From the NCBI GenBank assembly GCA_030674455.1, contig JAUSGQ010000015.1, positions 5,574 through 69,573 on the forward strand: 64,000 nt of DNA, written 5' to 3'. The position numbers and the translations under genes are program-made. The notes beneath the pieces were generated by a model. It worked only from the letters and a program-made list of their open reading frames with translations, did not search any database and was not told the origin of the DNA. This document shows, piece after piece, positions 53,906-63,098 of the stretch (within the stretch, counting starts at the first letter, position 1; every line of letters starts with the position of its first letter). The stretch is from a bacterium (GTDB taxonomy: Bacteria; Patescibacteriota; Minisyncoccia; Phycocordibacterales; UBA2100).

Positions 53906-56725
53906 TCACTGAAACGGCTGCATCATGGGGTCGGCAGGTTTCTCCTCGACATATCGCGCGCGAATATCGGCCTCTATCTCTTCCCTGTCTTTTCCGTATG
54001 TCAGATATGAAAGTTCTTTGAGCGCTGGCACTTTGCTGGAATCCGAAACCTCCGGCTTCACCGTCTGTATAGTGAACGGCCGCGCCGGTACCCCGTTTAC
54101 AAGGAGTGACATCACAGCGTTGTAGTTAGGGAGATTTTCCAAATCGGGCGCGGTGAAACCCGGTTCAAATTGCTTTGCAAGGAATTCGGCATCGGTTGTG
54201 CCTACGCGGAATGCCGCTTTCGTACCGACGTTGCCGATGACGGCATCGCGTATTTTCTCGTCTAACTGCGCGATGAACTGGTGCGCGATGATGAGCGAGA
54301 GTTTGTATTTTCGCGCCTCGGAAAGAATAGTTCCGATAGAGGGTGTCGCAAAGTTCTGGAATTCGTCGATGTAGAGATAGAACACCGGAAGATTGCCGCC
54401 TACCGAATCAATGCGTGAGAATGCGGCCTGGAGGAATTTGGAAACCAGAACAAGCCCCAGGAGCGAAGTGTTCCTGTCGCCTAAACGCCCCTTTGAGAGG
54501 TTCGCGAGGAAGATTTTCTTGTCGTCCATGATTTTTCGGAAGTCGAACGCGGATTTTTCCTGCGCGACGATAGGCCGCATGATGTCGTTGGCGAGAAAGA
54601 CGTCGAATTTGCTGGAAATGTACGGTGTCACGTTCTCGAGCGAAGCATCTCCGCCAGCCGCTTCGGCGATTTTCCGCCAGAATTGGATGATGACCGGATT
54701 TTTGCACTTCGAGATCTTGAGGTCGCGGAATGTGGGGTCGGCAAATACGCGCGGAACTTCGAGGAACGTGGAACCCGATTCCGGGTCTTCGACGACGAGT
54801 TGAACGGCGTTGCGATAGTATTGCTCGAACATCGGGCCGAAGGCTTCAGGAACATCCGCATAGAGCTTACGGAAAATCCCATACACTTCATCCACCACGA
54901 ATGTTTTCATTTCCGGCTTTGAGCGGTCGTATTCCAGCATGTTGAGGCCCATCGGGCGTGCTGTGTAGGCAGGGTCAAAGTAGATGACATCGTTCATTCG
55001 CTCCGGAGGAATTGCCGCGAGAATGTCTTCGATGTCGTTTCCGTGCGGGTCTATGAACGCGACCCCTTCCCCGTTCTTGATGTCCTGAATAATCATGTTC
55101 TTGATAAGCGTCGTTTTTCCTGTACCCGTCTGCCCGATGACGTAGCAATGACGCATGCGGTCGGCTGGTGCGAATCGAACCGGAGTTTCCGTAGCACCGT
55201 ATCGATTGATACCAAGAACAACACCTTCCGAAGCCATTGCGACGGGCGCCGGCATCTGCTTGGCAAACGCCCGCTTGAGTTCGCGCGAGGTCGTAACGCG
55301 TTCGGCGGTAAAGTGGAACATAGTCGTCACCTCCGCAAGACTAAGCGGCATCGTAATTGACCGGTCGAAAGCGCGATATATGTAATCGCGCAAAAAACTC
55401 TGCAGGCTCCAACTGCTTACTTCTTTAAAGCCCATGTGATTCCCCTTTGGGTCGTCGTATTGGTTGAACGGCGCCATCAAATTCTGGAGAATATCCTGCG
55501 CGCGTTTTTTATCAGGCGCCGAAGCCACAAGACGGATAAGCACGGGGGCAATGCGACTCTTAATTTTGCGTCCGATGACTTCCGTTGCGACTTGATCTGT
55601 GGCGCGCCTATATTCCTTGTCTTTTTCTTCTTTGTAAAGTTCCGGCATGAAAATTGCCCTTCCAAGTTCAGAGGCAAAATCTCCAATAACGGTTTCCGGA
55701 ACTTGGAGCGCCCGAGAAATATGCCAACCCTTTTCTATCACGCGGATCATTTTCTTATAGTGTCTGTTGTATCTGTCGCCTTCATTGCCTACGACAAACT
55801 GGATAGCAGCGCCTTCCCCATGCTTAGCGAGCTTTGCAAACGCGGAAAGCAATACGTTCATAGGGTCGTGCTCGAACATCTCGGCAGTCTTCAGAGGAAA
55901 GGCGGGGTGGTCGGCAAGCTTCCCTATCGCGCCGGCGTTTTCCCCTTCATAATTAAAAATATTGTAGTCGCCGCGGCTCTCGGAAATACGCGCGTTCGGA
56001 AATACTGATGAAATTAAGCGCTCGGCGAGGACTTGCTTGGCGCGCGGAACACCGAGATAGAGGGAAGCTTCCTCGGACCCGTTCGGAACCGCGATTTCAA
56101 GAGAGAACCCTTCGTCCCGAGATATGAGCGACGTGAGACCCGCATAGAGTTGTTCGGAGGATGAAAGAATTTGCTCCAATTTCATCTGCCCCATCTGCTT
56201 CTCATCTTTTTCCCCATGCGCCTGCGGTTGTATCTCAAAAAGAACCATGTGAAGCGCGCGCTTCACTTTTTCCGGCGGCGCAAATCCTTTTTCAGGAAGC
56301 CCTTCGGCAATGTAGCGCACCAGCATCCTGTGCAAATCGTCTTCCAAATGCGGATTTTTCATGCGAGCCGCCACCGAAAGTGCGTTGCGTATACCATGTT
56401 CGGCGACAATCTTGAGAAGCCCGTCCATTTGCGCATCGTGCTCTTCCGGTTCAAGGTTCAGCGCGTGCCGGATCGTGTCATGCTCCGGCATGACTGCCTC
56501 CTCGTGGAGAACTGCGTGCGCGGGCGTCGCCGCGTACGCGGCGATTTCGCGTTTTGCAATTCGGTCCTTCTCGATGCGATTTTCTGCGGTTTCTAATTCC
56601 CCCGTCTTTTCTTTTACCTGCTCGCGTAAATAAGCAAGCTCCTCTTGCGGAGATTTGAATTTTTCCGCCGTCTTAGTGATACGCTCTGCAATAAAGCGCG
56701 GTTCGTGTGTAGCCAATGCCACCAT
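53906..56725 (-). CDS. HerA/VirD4(TraG/TraD)-like P-loop ATPase
   Basis: GQTGTGKT, IDPHG, LYIDEFQN, LSEARKYKL..AHQ. Confidence 0.88.
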   Translation of the reverse strand: MVALATHEPRFIAERITKTAEKFKSPQEELAYLREQVKEKTGELETAENRIEKDRIAKREIAAYAATPAHAVLHEEAVMPEHDTIRHALNLEPEEHDAQMDGLLKIVAEHGIRNALSVAARMKNPHLEDDLHRMLVRYIAEGLPEKGFAPPEKVKRALHMVLFEIQPQAHGEKDEKQMGQMKLEQILSSSEQLYAGLTSLISRDEGFSLEIAVPNGSEEASLYLGVPRAKQVLAERLISSVFPNARISESRGDYNIFNYEGENAGAIGKLADHPAFPLKTAEMFEHDPMNVLLSAFAKLAKHGEGAAIQFVVGNEGDRYNRHYKKMIRVIEKGWHISRALQVPETVIGDFASELGRAIFMPELYKEEKDKEYRRATDQVATEVIGRKIKSRIAPVLIRLVASAPDKKRAQDILQNLMAPFNQYDDPKGNHMGFKEVSSWSLQSFLRDYIYRAFDRSITMPLSLAEVTTMFHFTAERVTTSRELKRAFAKQMPAPVAMASEGVVLGINRYGATETPVRFAPADRMRHCYVIGQTGTGKTTLIKNMIIQDIKNGEGVAFIDPHGNDIEDILAAIPPERMNDVIYFDPAYTARPMGLNMLEYDRSKPEMKTFVVDEVYGIFRKLYADVPEAFGPMFEQYYRNAVQLVVEDPESGSTFLEVPRVFADPTFRDLKISKCKNPVIIQFWRKIAEAAGGDASLENVTPYISSKFDVFLANDIMRPIVAQEKSAFDFRKIMDDKKIFLANLSKGRLGDRNTSLLGLVLVSKFLQAAFSRIDSVGGNLPVFYLYIDEFQNFATPSIGTILSEARKYKLSLIIAHQFIAQLDEKIRDAVIGNVGTKAAFRVGTTDAEFLAKQFEPGFTAPDLENLPNYNAVMSLLVNGVPARPFTIQTVKPEVSDSSKVPALKELSYLTYGKDREEIEADIRARYVEEKPADPMMQPFQ

Positions 56726-56765
56726 CGTTGAATTATATCATCACTCCGTCCACAGATGCCGATAC

Positions 56766-58046
56766 CTACCTCATCGGCATAGCAAGCGCCTTCCTGCCGA
56801 TATCGCGGCGGAAATATTTTCCCTCAAAATGAATCAGCTCTACGGCCTCGTACGCTCGCGCAAGTGCCTCCTTGAGCGTGTCGCCCACGGCAGAAACTCC
56901 AAGTACGCGTCCCCCCGCCGTAATCAAGGACTCCCCTTGATTTGAGGTGCCGGAGTGAAATACGACAACACCCGGGACTTTTTCTGCTTCCTCTATTCCC
57001 GTTATTGGGAATCCTTTTTTGTAAGCATCGGGATATCCGCCGGAAGCAAGAACAATATTTACCGCGAATCCCGAATTCCACTCAATTTTTGCACTGCCTA
57101 GTTTGCCATCGGCAGACGCTTCCAAAGCATCTAGCAAGTCTGTCTTTAAGAGACGCGTGTAAACTTGGCACTCCGGGTCGCCAAAGCGCGCGTTAAATTC
57201 AAGGACTTTGTGTCCCTGCGACGACATTTTGAGACCCGGATACAAAATCCCGACAAACGGCGCACCGTGTTCCGCAAGCGCGCGAAGCGTGGGGCGCACT
57301 ACGCGCGTTTCTATATCTTTCAGAGCTTCCGCTCCAACCCACGGGACGGGGACTATTGCGCCCATGCCACCCGTATTTTTTCCAGTATCATTTTCGCCTA
57401 TCTGCTTGTGGTCCTGCGATGGCGGAAATAGTACAAAATCCTTTCCATCCGAAAGCGCGTGAATGGAGATTTCCTGTCCATCGAGATATTCCTCGATGAC
57501 AACCTCGTCGCCCGCATCTTTAAAAACGCGTTCTACCATAATTTCATTGAGAGCGGCTTCAGCTTCCGCAAGAGTCGAACAGACATACACCCCCTTCCCC
57601 AAGGAAAGCCCGCTCGCTTTGATAACGATGGGCGCTCCGCGCTCTCGCACATACGAGAGCGCATCGTCGTGATTCGAGAAAACCTCGAATTCTGCGGTAG
57701 GCACGCCCGCCTCTCTCATCAAGCGCTTCGCAAATGCCTTTGAACCTTCAATGTGCGCTGCAGCTTTCACCGGCCCCCACACTCGCAACCCGCGCTGTTT
57801 GAAAAAATCGACAATGCCTTCGCCCAATGGATTGTCGGGACCCACAACTGTGAAAGCTATATTTTTCTCTTTTGCAAATTTCGCGAGACCTTCAAAATCC
57901 ATCGCATCAATCAGTACGTTTTCACCCACGAGCCGTGTACCGCCATTTCCCGGCGCAATGTAGAGCTTCCCGATGCGTGGAGACTGCTTAAGTTTCCACG
58001 CGAGAGAATGTTCTCTCCCCCCAGAACCAATAACCAAAACATCCAT
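56766..58046 (-). CDS. purD: Phosphoribosylamine-glycine ligase
   Basis: GSGGREH, APGNGG, NTGGMG, EFNARFGDPE, GGRVL. Confidence 0.96.
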   Translation of the reverse strand: MDVLVIGSGGREHSLAWKLKQSPRIGKLYIAPGNGGTRLVGENVLIDAMDFEGLAKFAKEKNIAFTVVGPDNPLGEGIVDFFKQRGLRVWGPVKAAAHIEGSKAFAKRLMREAGVPTAEFEVFSNHDDALSYVRERGAPIVIKASGLSLGKGVYVCSTLAEAEAALNEIMVERVFKDAGDEVVIEEYLDGQEISIHALSDGKDFVLFPPSQDHKQIGENDTGKNTGGMGAIVPVPWVGAEALKDIETRVVRPTLRALAEHGAPFVGILYPGLKMSSQGHKVLEFNARFGDPECQVYTRLLKTDLLDALEASADGKLGSAKIEWNSGFAVNIVLASGGYPDAYKKGFPITGIEEAEKVPGVVVFHSGTSNQGESLITAGGRVLGVSAVGDTLKEALARAYEAVELIHFEGKYFRRDIGRKALAMPMR

Positions 58047-58124
58047 GATTAGATTATATACGAGAATTCAAAAAAAGGTTCTTGTGTACGTGCCCTCTTA
58101 TCCTTATTAACTTATTATTTGCAT

Positions 58125-58160
58125 GGTACAATCAATCAACAGGTGTTGATGGATTGTACC
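58125..58160. repeat. 36-bp palindrome, left flank of PaaX/Cas2-like gene 2
   Basis: GGTACAATCAATCAACA-GG-TGTTGATGGATTGTACC. Confidence 0.9.
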
Positions 58161-58172
58161 TGACGCACCGTA

Positions 58173-58748
58173 ATGATAACGCCCAATATAAAAACTCTAA
58201 ATAATAAAAGTCGGCGCGAGCGAACTGTGCAAGTCTTAAAGATGATAGCCATCGGCGCACTTATTATTGGTATCGGTGCCGTGCCATCTCCGCGAGCAAT
58301 GAGTAAACTTCTTTCTGAATTGGCACTTGGAGATAACCAAAGAAATAGAAAGTATGCGGGCCGAAAAATCCGTGAACTGAAGAAGCGAGGATATCTTGAG
58401 GAGCATGGAGTTAGATATGCTGTCAGCGACAAAGGCCAGGAAATACTTTCTCGCGAACACATTACGAATCTTGTAATACCAAGGCCACGCAAGTGGAACG
58501 GGAAGTGGCATTTTATCATGTTTGACATTCCGCTAACAGATTCGTATGCACGTCAGGCCCTGAATAAGATTCTACTCGGCATGGGTCTGGTGCAGTATCA
58601 GCAGTCGGTTCTTATATACCCGTATCCAATCAAAGAAACTGTTCTGCATGTCTGCAGGTTTTACAAAGTCGCCCGTTATGTATCGTTCGTTACCGCGGAA
58701 GATATTGATGGCTTTGATAAACTCAAAAGACAGTTCGGCTTAACATGA
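58173..58748 (+). CDS. Stand-alone PaaX-like protein (wHTH + Cas2-like domain), paralog 2
   Basis: VSDKG..KWNGKWHFIMFDIP..QYQQSV. Confidence 0.78.
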   Translation: MITPNIKTLNNKSRRERTVQVLKMIAIGALIIGIGAVPSPRAMSKLLSELALGDNQRNRKYAGRKIRELKKRGYLEEHGVRYAVSDKGQEILSREHITNLVIPRPRKWNGKWHFIMFDIPLTDSYARQALNKILLGMGLVQYQQSVLIYPYPIKETVLHVCRFYKVARYVSFVTAEDIDGFDKLKRQFGLT

Positions 58749-58762
58749 AATTGCTCTGCGGT

Positions 58763-58798
58763 AGGACAATCAATCGACACCTGTTGATTGATTGTCCT
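58763..58798. repeat. 36-bp palindrome, right flank of PaaX/Cas2-like gene 2
   Basis: 30-bp core 28/30 identical to the reverse complement of the left copy. Confidence 0.9.
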
Positions 58799-58820
58799 TT
58801 GTCCTCTTGTCATGTCGTAA

Positions 58821-59354
58821 CTATTTGTGATTCTTCTCGATATACCCTATCGCTTCTTCCGGTGTATCGGCAAAATACACAAGTTCTTTGAGCGAAAAAG
58901 GTAAAAATCCTTCTTCATCCATTTTTGCAAGTTGAATTTTAAGCCCTTCGTAGAAATTGTCAGTGTTCAGTATAACTACGAGCTTTTGGTGCATTTTGTG
59001 TTTTTTTAGTTCAAGAATTTCTGTCACTTCGTCCAAGGTACCAACTCCACCAACCAGCACGATTATTACGTCTGCTCGTTTAAGCAACGTTTCCTTCCGC
59101 TCCTTAATGTCTTTCGTGATTATCATCTCGTCCGCATTTTTGCGCGCGTGGTCTTTCAAGAATTCAACCGATATCCCTACGACTTTACCGTTGGCTCTTT
59201 GAACGCCATTGGCTAGAACCTTGAGTAATCCCCTATCAGAACCACCATATATCAAGGTATGGCCGTTCTCTCCGATCAATTTCGCGAGTCCAGCCGTAGC
59301 TTGTGCGTACTTCTTTTCTACATCGTTTACAGAACCAAAGACACAGATGTTCAT
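58821..59354 (-). CDS. LOG-family nucleotide phosphoribohydrolase
   Basis: IYGG..GLL, ERK, GGVGTLDE. Confidence 0.88.
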   Translation of the reverse strand: MNICVFGSVNDVEKKYAQATAGLAKLIGENGHTLIYGGSDRGLLKVLANGVQRANGKVVGISVEFLKDHARKNADEMIITKDIKERKETLLKRADVIIVLVGGVGTLDEVTEILELKKHKMHQKLVVILNTDNFYEGLKIQLAKMDEEGFLPFSLKELVYFADTPEEAIGYIEKNHK

Positions 59355-59368
59355 TCGGTTATTCTAAC

Positions 59369-60139
59369 CTATTCTTTGGTCAAAATCTCCGGGCCGTTTT
59401 TGGTTACGATTATCGTGTGTTCACAGTGCGCCGTGCGCGAGCCGTCTTTTGTGCGATACGAGTGGCCGTCTTTATCGACATAAAGGTCGCCCGAGCCGAG
59501 CGTCATCATTGGCTCGATAGCAATCACTAATCCTTCTTCGAGTTTTACGCCGCTTCCTGGAGCCCCAAAATTCGGTACATGCGGTTCTTCGTGAACCCGA
59601 AGTCCCACGCCATGCCCGGAAAGATTTCGCGGGAATCCAAACTGGTATTTCTTTGCTACACGCTCCACGGCATAACCGATGTCTCCAGTCGTGTTCCCGA
59701 TCATAGCCCTCGCAATGCCGGCTGCGAGCGCTTCCTGCGTGCCCTTGAGCAAGCGTACATCCTCCGGGTCGCGCTTCGTGCCCGCTATTACCGTAACCGC
59801 GGAATCGGTAAAGAATCCTTCGTGCCTGATGCCGAAGTCCAGACAAACGATATCGCCATTGAGTATCGCGGTATGGTTCAGTGCGGCGGGGCTGTGTACG
59901 ATGATGTCGTTAACAGAAACGCACAGGCCAGACGGATAGGGTTCCTCATTTTTGCCTGTCTTGTAACCTAAAAAAGCCAGGTCATCGCCGTCTTTTGCGA
60001 CCATTTCCTGGGCATTGTCCTCAAGCTCTTTCGGCGTAATCCCCGGCTCAACCATTTCACTCAATATTCGAAGGTGCTTCGCCAGGCGACGGCCTCCCTC
60101 GCGCAACGCTGATATTTCTTTTTCAGTTCTGGCAATCAT
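59369..60139 (-). CDS. map: Methionine aminopeptidase type I
   Basis: CVSVND, DFG, DSA, GHGVG..HEEP, AIEPM, HCEHT. Confidence 0.96.
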   Translation of the reverse strand: MIARTEKEISALREGGRRLAKHLRILSEMVEPGITPKELEDNAQEMVAKDGDDLAFLGYKTGKNEEPYPSGLCVSVNDIIVHSPAALNHTAILNGDIVCLDFGIRHEGFFTDSAVTVIAGTKRDPEDVRLLKGTQEALAAGIARAMIGNTTGDIGYAVERVAKKYQFGFPRNLSGHGVGLRVHEEPHVPNFGAPGSGVKLEEGLVIAIEPMMTLGSGDLYVDKDGHSYRTKDGSRTAHCEHTIIVTKNGPEILTKE

Positions 60140-60314
60140 ATTAGAGATTCTTAGTGAGCATAGCGAGCTTAGAAACTCTTATATCCGCCCAAATTTTTGA
60201 CTTCGGAAACTTTGTGGCAAAATGCTCAAAATTCGGCATGTGATTGATGTTTAGCATAACTCCGGCACGGCCAAAAATTTAGGCGGATCGTTAAAAACAT
60301 ATTCGCTTCGCTCA
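60137..60314 (-). repeat. Family F copy 4 with a different central inverted repeat (72-nt loop)
   Basis: GAGCGAAGCGAAT head at the adk stop, ATCCGCC(C/T)AAATTTTTG arms, F-type tail ending at the map ATG. Confidence 0.75.
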
Positions 60315-60911
60315 TTGTTTTAGCCCAAGGGCAACGAGAATAGACTTGTGTATAACGGCCACCTCCGGCTCTCCGTTAATTTCATGGATAACGCGGCCGC
60401 GGCTTTTAAGAAGATCGAGCTGCGGCAGCACATCTGTCTTCGTCCATGCGAGTCGCCTGCGAATTCCCTCCTCGGTGTCGTCATTGCGCCCGCGGCTTAT
60501 TAATCGCTTCACCGCAGTGTCGTCGGAAATGACGAGATTGACAACCTGCAGATTATCGCGCTTGAAAAATTTCATCATGTCGTCGAACGCGCGCGTCTGG
60601 TCGTCACCGCGTGCAAGCCCATCAGCAATAATGTGTTCCTCGCCTGTAAAACTATCTATGAGCAATTTGGTTTGAAGATAAATGGCCATGAAATCATAGA
60701 TGCGGATTCCGTTGTCTATTATCTCGCCCGTTAATTTGCCCGCGTACGTTCCCGTATCGCGCAACTTGCGAAGTTCGTGGCCCATGTCAATACGAATAAC
60801 TTTTCGGTCAGATTTGGTCTTCAAGTAATCCGCAAGCAGCTGCACCTGGGTGCCTTTGCCGGCGCCTTGTGAGCCAAAGAAAAGCAGCGTGACAGGCTTG
60901 GATAGAGTCAT
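60312..60911 (-). CDS. adk: Adenylate kinase (short LID)
   Basis: GSQGAGKGTQ, RGRNDD; position between secY and map. Confidence 0.85.
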   Translation of the reverse strand: MTLSKPVTLLFFGSQGAGKGTQVQLLADYLKTKSDRKVIRIDMGHELRKLRDTGTYAGKLTGEIIDNGIRIYDFMAIYLQTKLLIDSFTGEEHIIADGLARGDDQTRAFDDMMKFFKRDNLQVVNLVISDDTAVKRLISRGRNDDTEEGIRRRLAWTKTDVLPQLDLLKSRGRVIHEINGEPEVAVIHKSILVALGLKQ

Positions 60912-60975
60912 ATTTTAAGAGTATACCTTTTACTATACGTTGATGAAAGTGTTTTCTTTATTTATTTTCTGTTAT

Positions 60976-61560
60976 TTATTTGAGATCGTATCCTTCTTTT
61001 CTAAGAATCGCCACTACCTGCTCAACCGCTTCGTTTAATTTTCCGTCTGCATTCACTACGGTGTAATCGTAAAAAGACTTTTCATCTTTCATTTCCGCTT
61101 CCGCATTCTCTCGACGCTTCGCAATGTCTGCGTCTGCAAGTTCAGGATTCCTCTGTCTAAGACGGCGCTCTATGGTCTCAATATTCTCCGGCACGATAAA
61201 AATAGTTGCCGCGCTAAAATTAGCCTTGTAGTATTTTGCACCGACAATGTCGGGATTTACTATTACTATCTTTTGAGAATCGATTTTTTCTTTCAGATCA
61301 GATGCATAAGTGCCGTAATATGTATTCCTGTTCGGAATGTACGTTGACTCCAAAATGGCGCCATTTTGCTTATACCGTAAAAATTCGTCCTGCGTAATAA
61401 AATAGTAATCTTTACCATTCCTTTCATCCGCTCTTGGTTTGCGAGTTGTCGCTGTTACGAGCCGGCTCGCCGTACCGGGGAAACGCTTAACGATTTCGTT
61501 CGTGATTGTTGTTTCCCCGCTCCCGGTTGGACCGGCAATAACCACTACTTGTTTAGGCAT
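60976..61560 (-). CDS. gmk: Guanylate kinase-like protein
   Basis: TTRKPRADERNGKDYYF, YYGT, YDYTVVN; atypical P-loop GPTGSGET. Confidence 0.8.
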   Translation of the reverse strand: MPKQVVVIAGPTGSGETTITNEIVKRFPGTASRLVTATTRKPRADERNGKDYYFITQDEFLRYKQNGAILESTYIPNRNTYYGTYASDLKEKIDSQKIVIVNPDIVGAKYYKANFSAATIFIVPENIETIERRLRQRNPELADADIAKRRENAEAEMKDEKSFYDYTVVNADGKLNEAVEQVVAILRKEGYDLK

Positions 61561-61584
61561 AGCACAGTATACGATGCGATAAAC

Positions 61585-61698
61585 AATTTTCAATTTGCAA
61601 TTTTCAATCAATTTTCAAATTTTAATGACCAAAAGCGTCCGCCTGAAAATTGGGTCTTGAAAATTCAATGCAAATTGAGAATTAAAAATTAAAAATTC
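61585..61698. repeat. Inverted heptamer tracts (CAATTTT)n ... (AAAATT(G/A))n
   Basis: Read directly; the same motif occurs in frame in copA at about 9183-9216. Confidence 0.75.
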
Positions 61699-61704
61699 CG
61701 CGAG

Positions 61705-62985
61705 TTAGTACTCGCGGATAGAAGTTTGCGCATCAACTTTCTTAACGACATCCAAAACTACGGACACAACGATCAAAAGCGCCGTGCCGCCGATAGTAAC
61801 CGCTGTAATTCCTGTAACTCCCTGCAAAATAATAGGCAAAATAGCCAGGAATCCGAGGAAGAGCGCACCCACGAGCGTGATGCGCGTAATGATATTGCCG
61901 AGATATTCCGAGGTCATCACTCCCGGACGTACTCCGGGAATAAATGCTCCGTTCTTTTGCAGATTTTTAGCGATTTGTGTTGGCTCGAACGTGATAGCCG
62001 TATAGAAGTATGTGAACAAAAACACCATTACGAAATACAACGCTCCATATATCCACTGGTTCGCCAAAACCGCGACTATCCACGATGCAACGGCGGCAAC
62101 AATTGCTATTGAGCTTTGTGCGAGGAACGACGCGATCATTTGCGGGAAAAGCAGGATTGAGAGCGCGAAAATTATCGGCATGACTCCCGCTTGATTGACG
62201 CGGATAGGCAAATATGTGGAGACGCCTCCCATGACCTTCATACCGCGTATGCGCTTCGCGTAGGTAACGGGGATAGGCCTTTCCGCTTCCGTCACGTAGA
62301 CGACTCCTGCCACAATGACGAGAGCAACGGCCGCAAATCCCAAATATGCGGGCAATTGGGAAATATCAAAGGTGAAAATAAATTGCGATATGGCGTTGGG
62401 AATTCCCGCTACTATTCCCGCAAATATCAGTAGCGAGATTCCGTTACCGACGCCGAATTCAGTAATCAGTTCCCCTATCCACATGAGCAGGATCGCTCCT
62501 GCGGCAATCACGACCACGTTAGTGAGGGTGTGAATAAAATCCATCTGCGGAACAATGCCATTCTGGCGTAAAAGAACAAGAAAACCGAATGCCTGTATAA
62601 AGGCGAGCGGTACGGTAAGATATCGCGAATACTGCGTGAAGCGCATTCTTCCGGAGTCTCCTTCTTCCTGATACATGGCTTTGAGCGAGGGAGAAAGAAC
62701 CGACATCAGCTGCATAACAATTGACGCAGTAATGAATGGAGAAACTCCAATCATCATTATGGAAAGGTTTGAGAATCCGCCGCCGGAAAATACGTTCAGC
62801 AATCCTAAGAATTGTCCGGCACTTCCGGAAAAGAATCTCTCCAATGCCCCTGCATCAACGCCCGGAATAGGAATCGCCGCAAGCAAGCGGAACACGACAA
62901 GAGCGCCCAACACGAACAAAATTCGATTGCGAAGTGTCTCGTCGGTGACGATGAGTTTGAGCTTGCGAATGAAGGTATCGAACAT
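61705..62985 (-). CDS. secY: Preprotein translocase subunit SecY
   Basis: PFITASIVMQL, GVGNGISL, AGVMPIIFA, IPGVRPG. Confidence 0.98.
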   Translation of the reverse strand: MFDTFIRKLKLIVTDETLRNRILFVLGALVVFRLLAAIPIPGVDAGALERFFSGSAGQFLGLLNVFSGGGFSNLSIMMIGVSPFITASIVMQLMSVLSPSLKAMYQEEGDSGRMRFTQYSRYLTVPLAFIQAFGFLVLLRQNGIVPQMDFIHTLTNVVVIAAGAILLMWIGELITEFGVGNGISLLIFAGIVAGIPNAISQFIFTFDISQLPAYLGFAAVALVIVAGVVYVTEAERPIPVTYAKRIRGMKVMGGVSTYLPIRVNQAGVMPIIFALSILLFPQMIASFLAQSSIAIVAAVASWIVAVLANQWIYGALYFVMVFLFTYFYTAITFEPTQIAKNLQKNGAFIPGVRPGVMTSEYLGNIITRITLVGALFLGFLAILPIILQGVTGITAVTIGGTALLIVVSVVLDVVKKVDAQTSIREY

Positions 62986-62992
62986 AAGATAT

Positions 62993-63098
62993 GTACCAAT
63001 CTACGAATTTATTCCAATCTACGAATGACTACGAATAAGAAACACGAGTATTTGTAGCCATTTGTAATATTCTTATCATTTGTAGATTGGGACTTCAT
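62993..63098 (-). repeat. Family D copy 9
   Basis: Its ATG overlaps the rplO TGA; ends just before the secY ATG. Confidence 0.9.

Noticed and set aside
53906-56725. Conjugative element implied by the VirD4/HerA-like ATPase
   Set aside because: No relaxase, pilus or integrase genes nearby.
56766-58046. De novo purine pathway
   Set aside because: Only purD is present in the window, so pathway completeness cannot be judged.
17072-63098. Family D as CRISPR repeats or integron attC sites
   Set aside because: Copies are dispersed singly within housekeeping operons; no integron integrase and no clear RYYYAAC/GTTRRRY ends.
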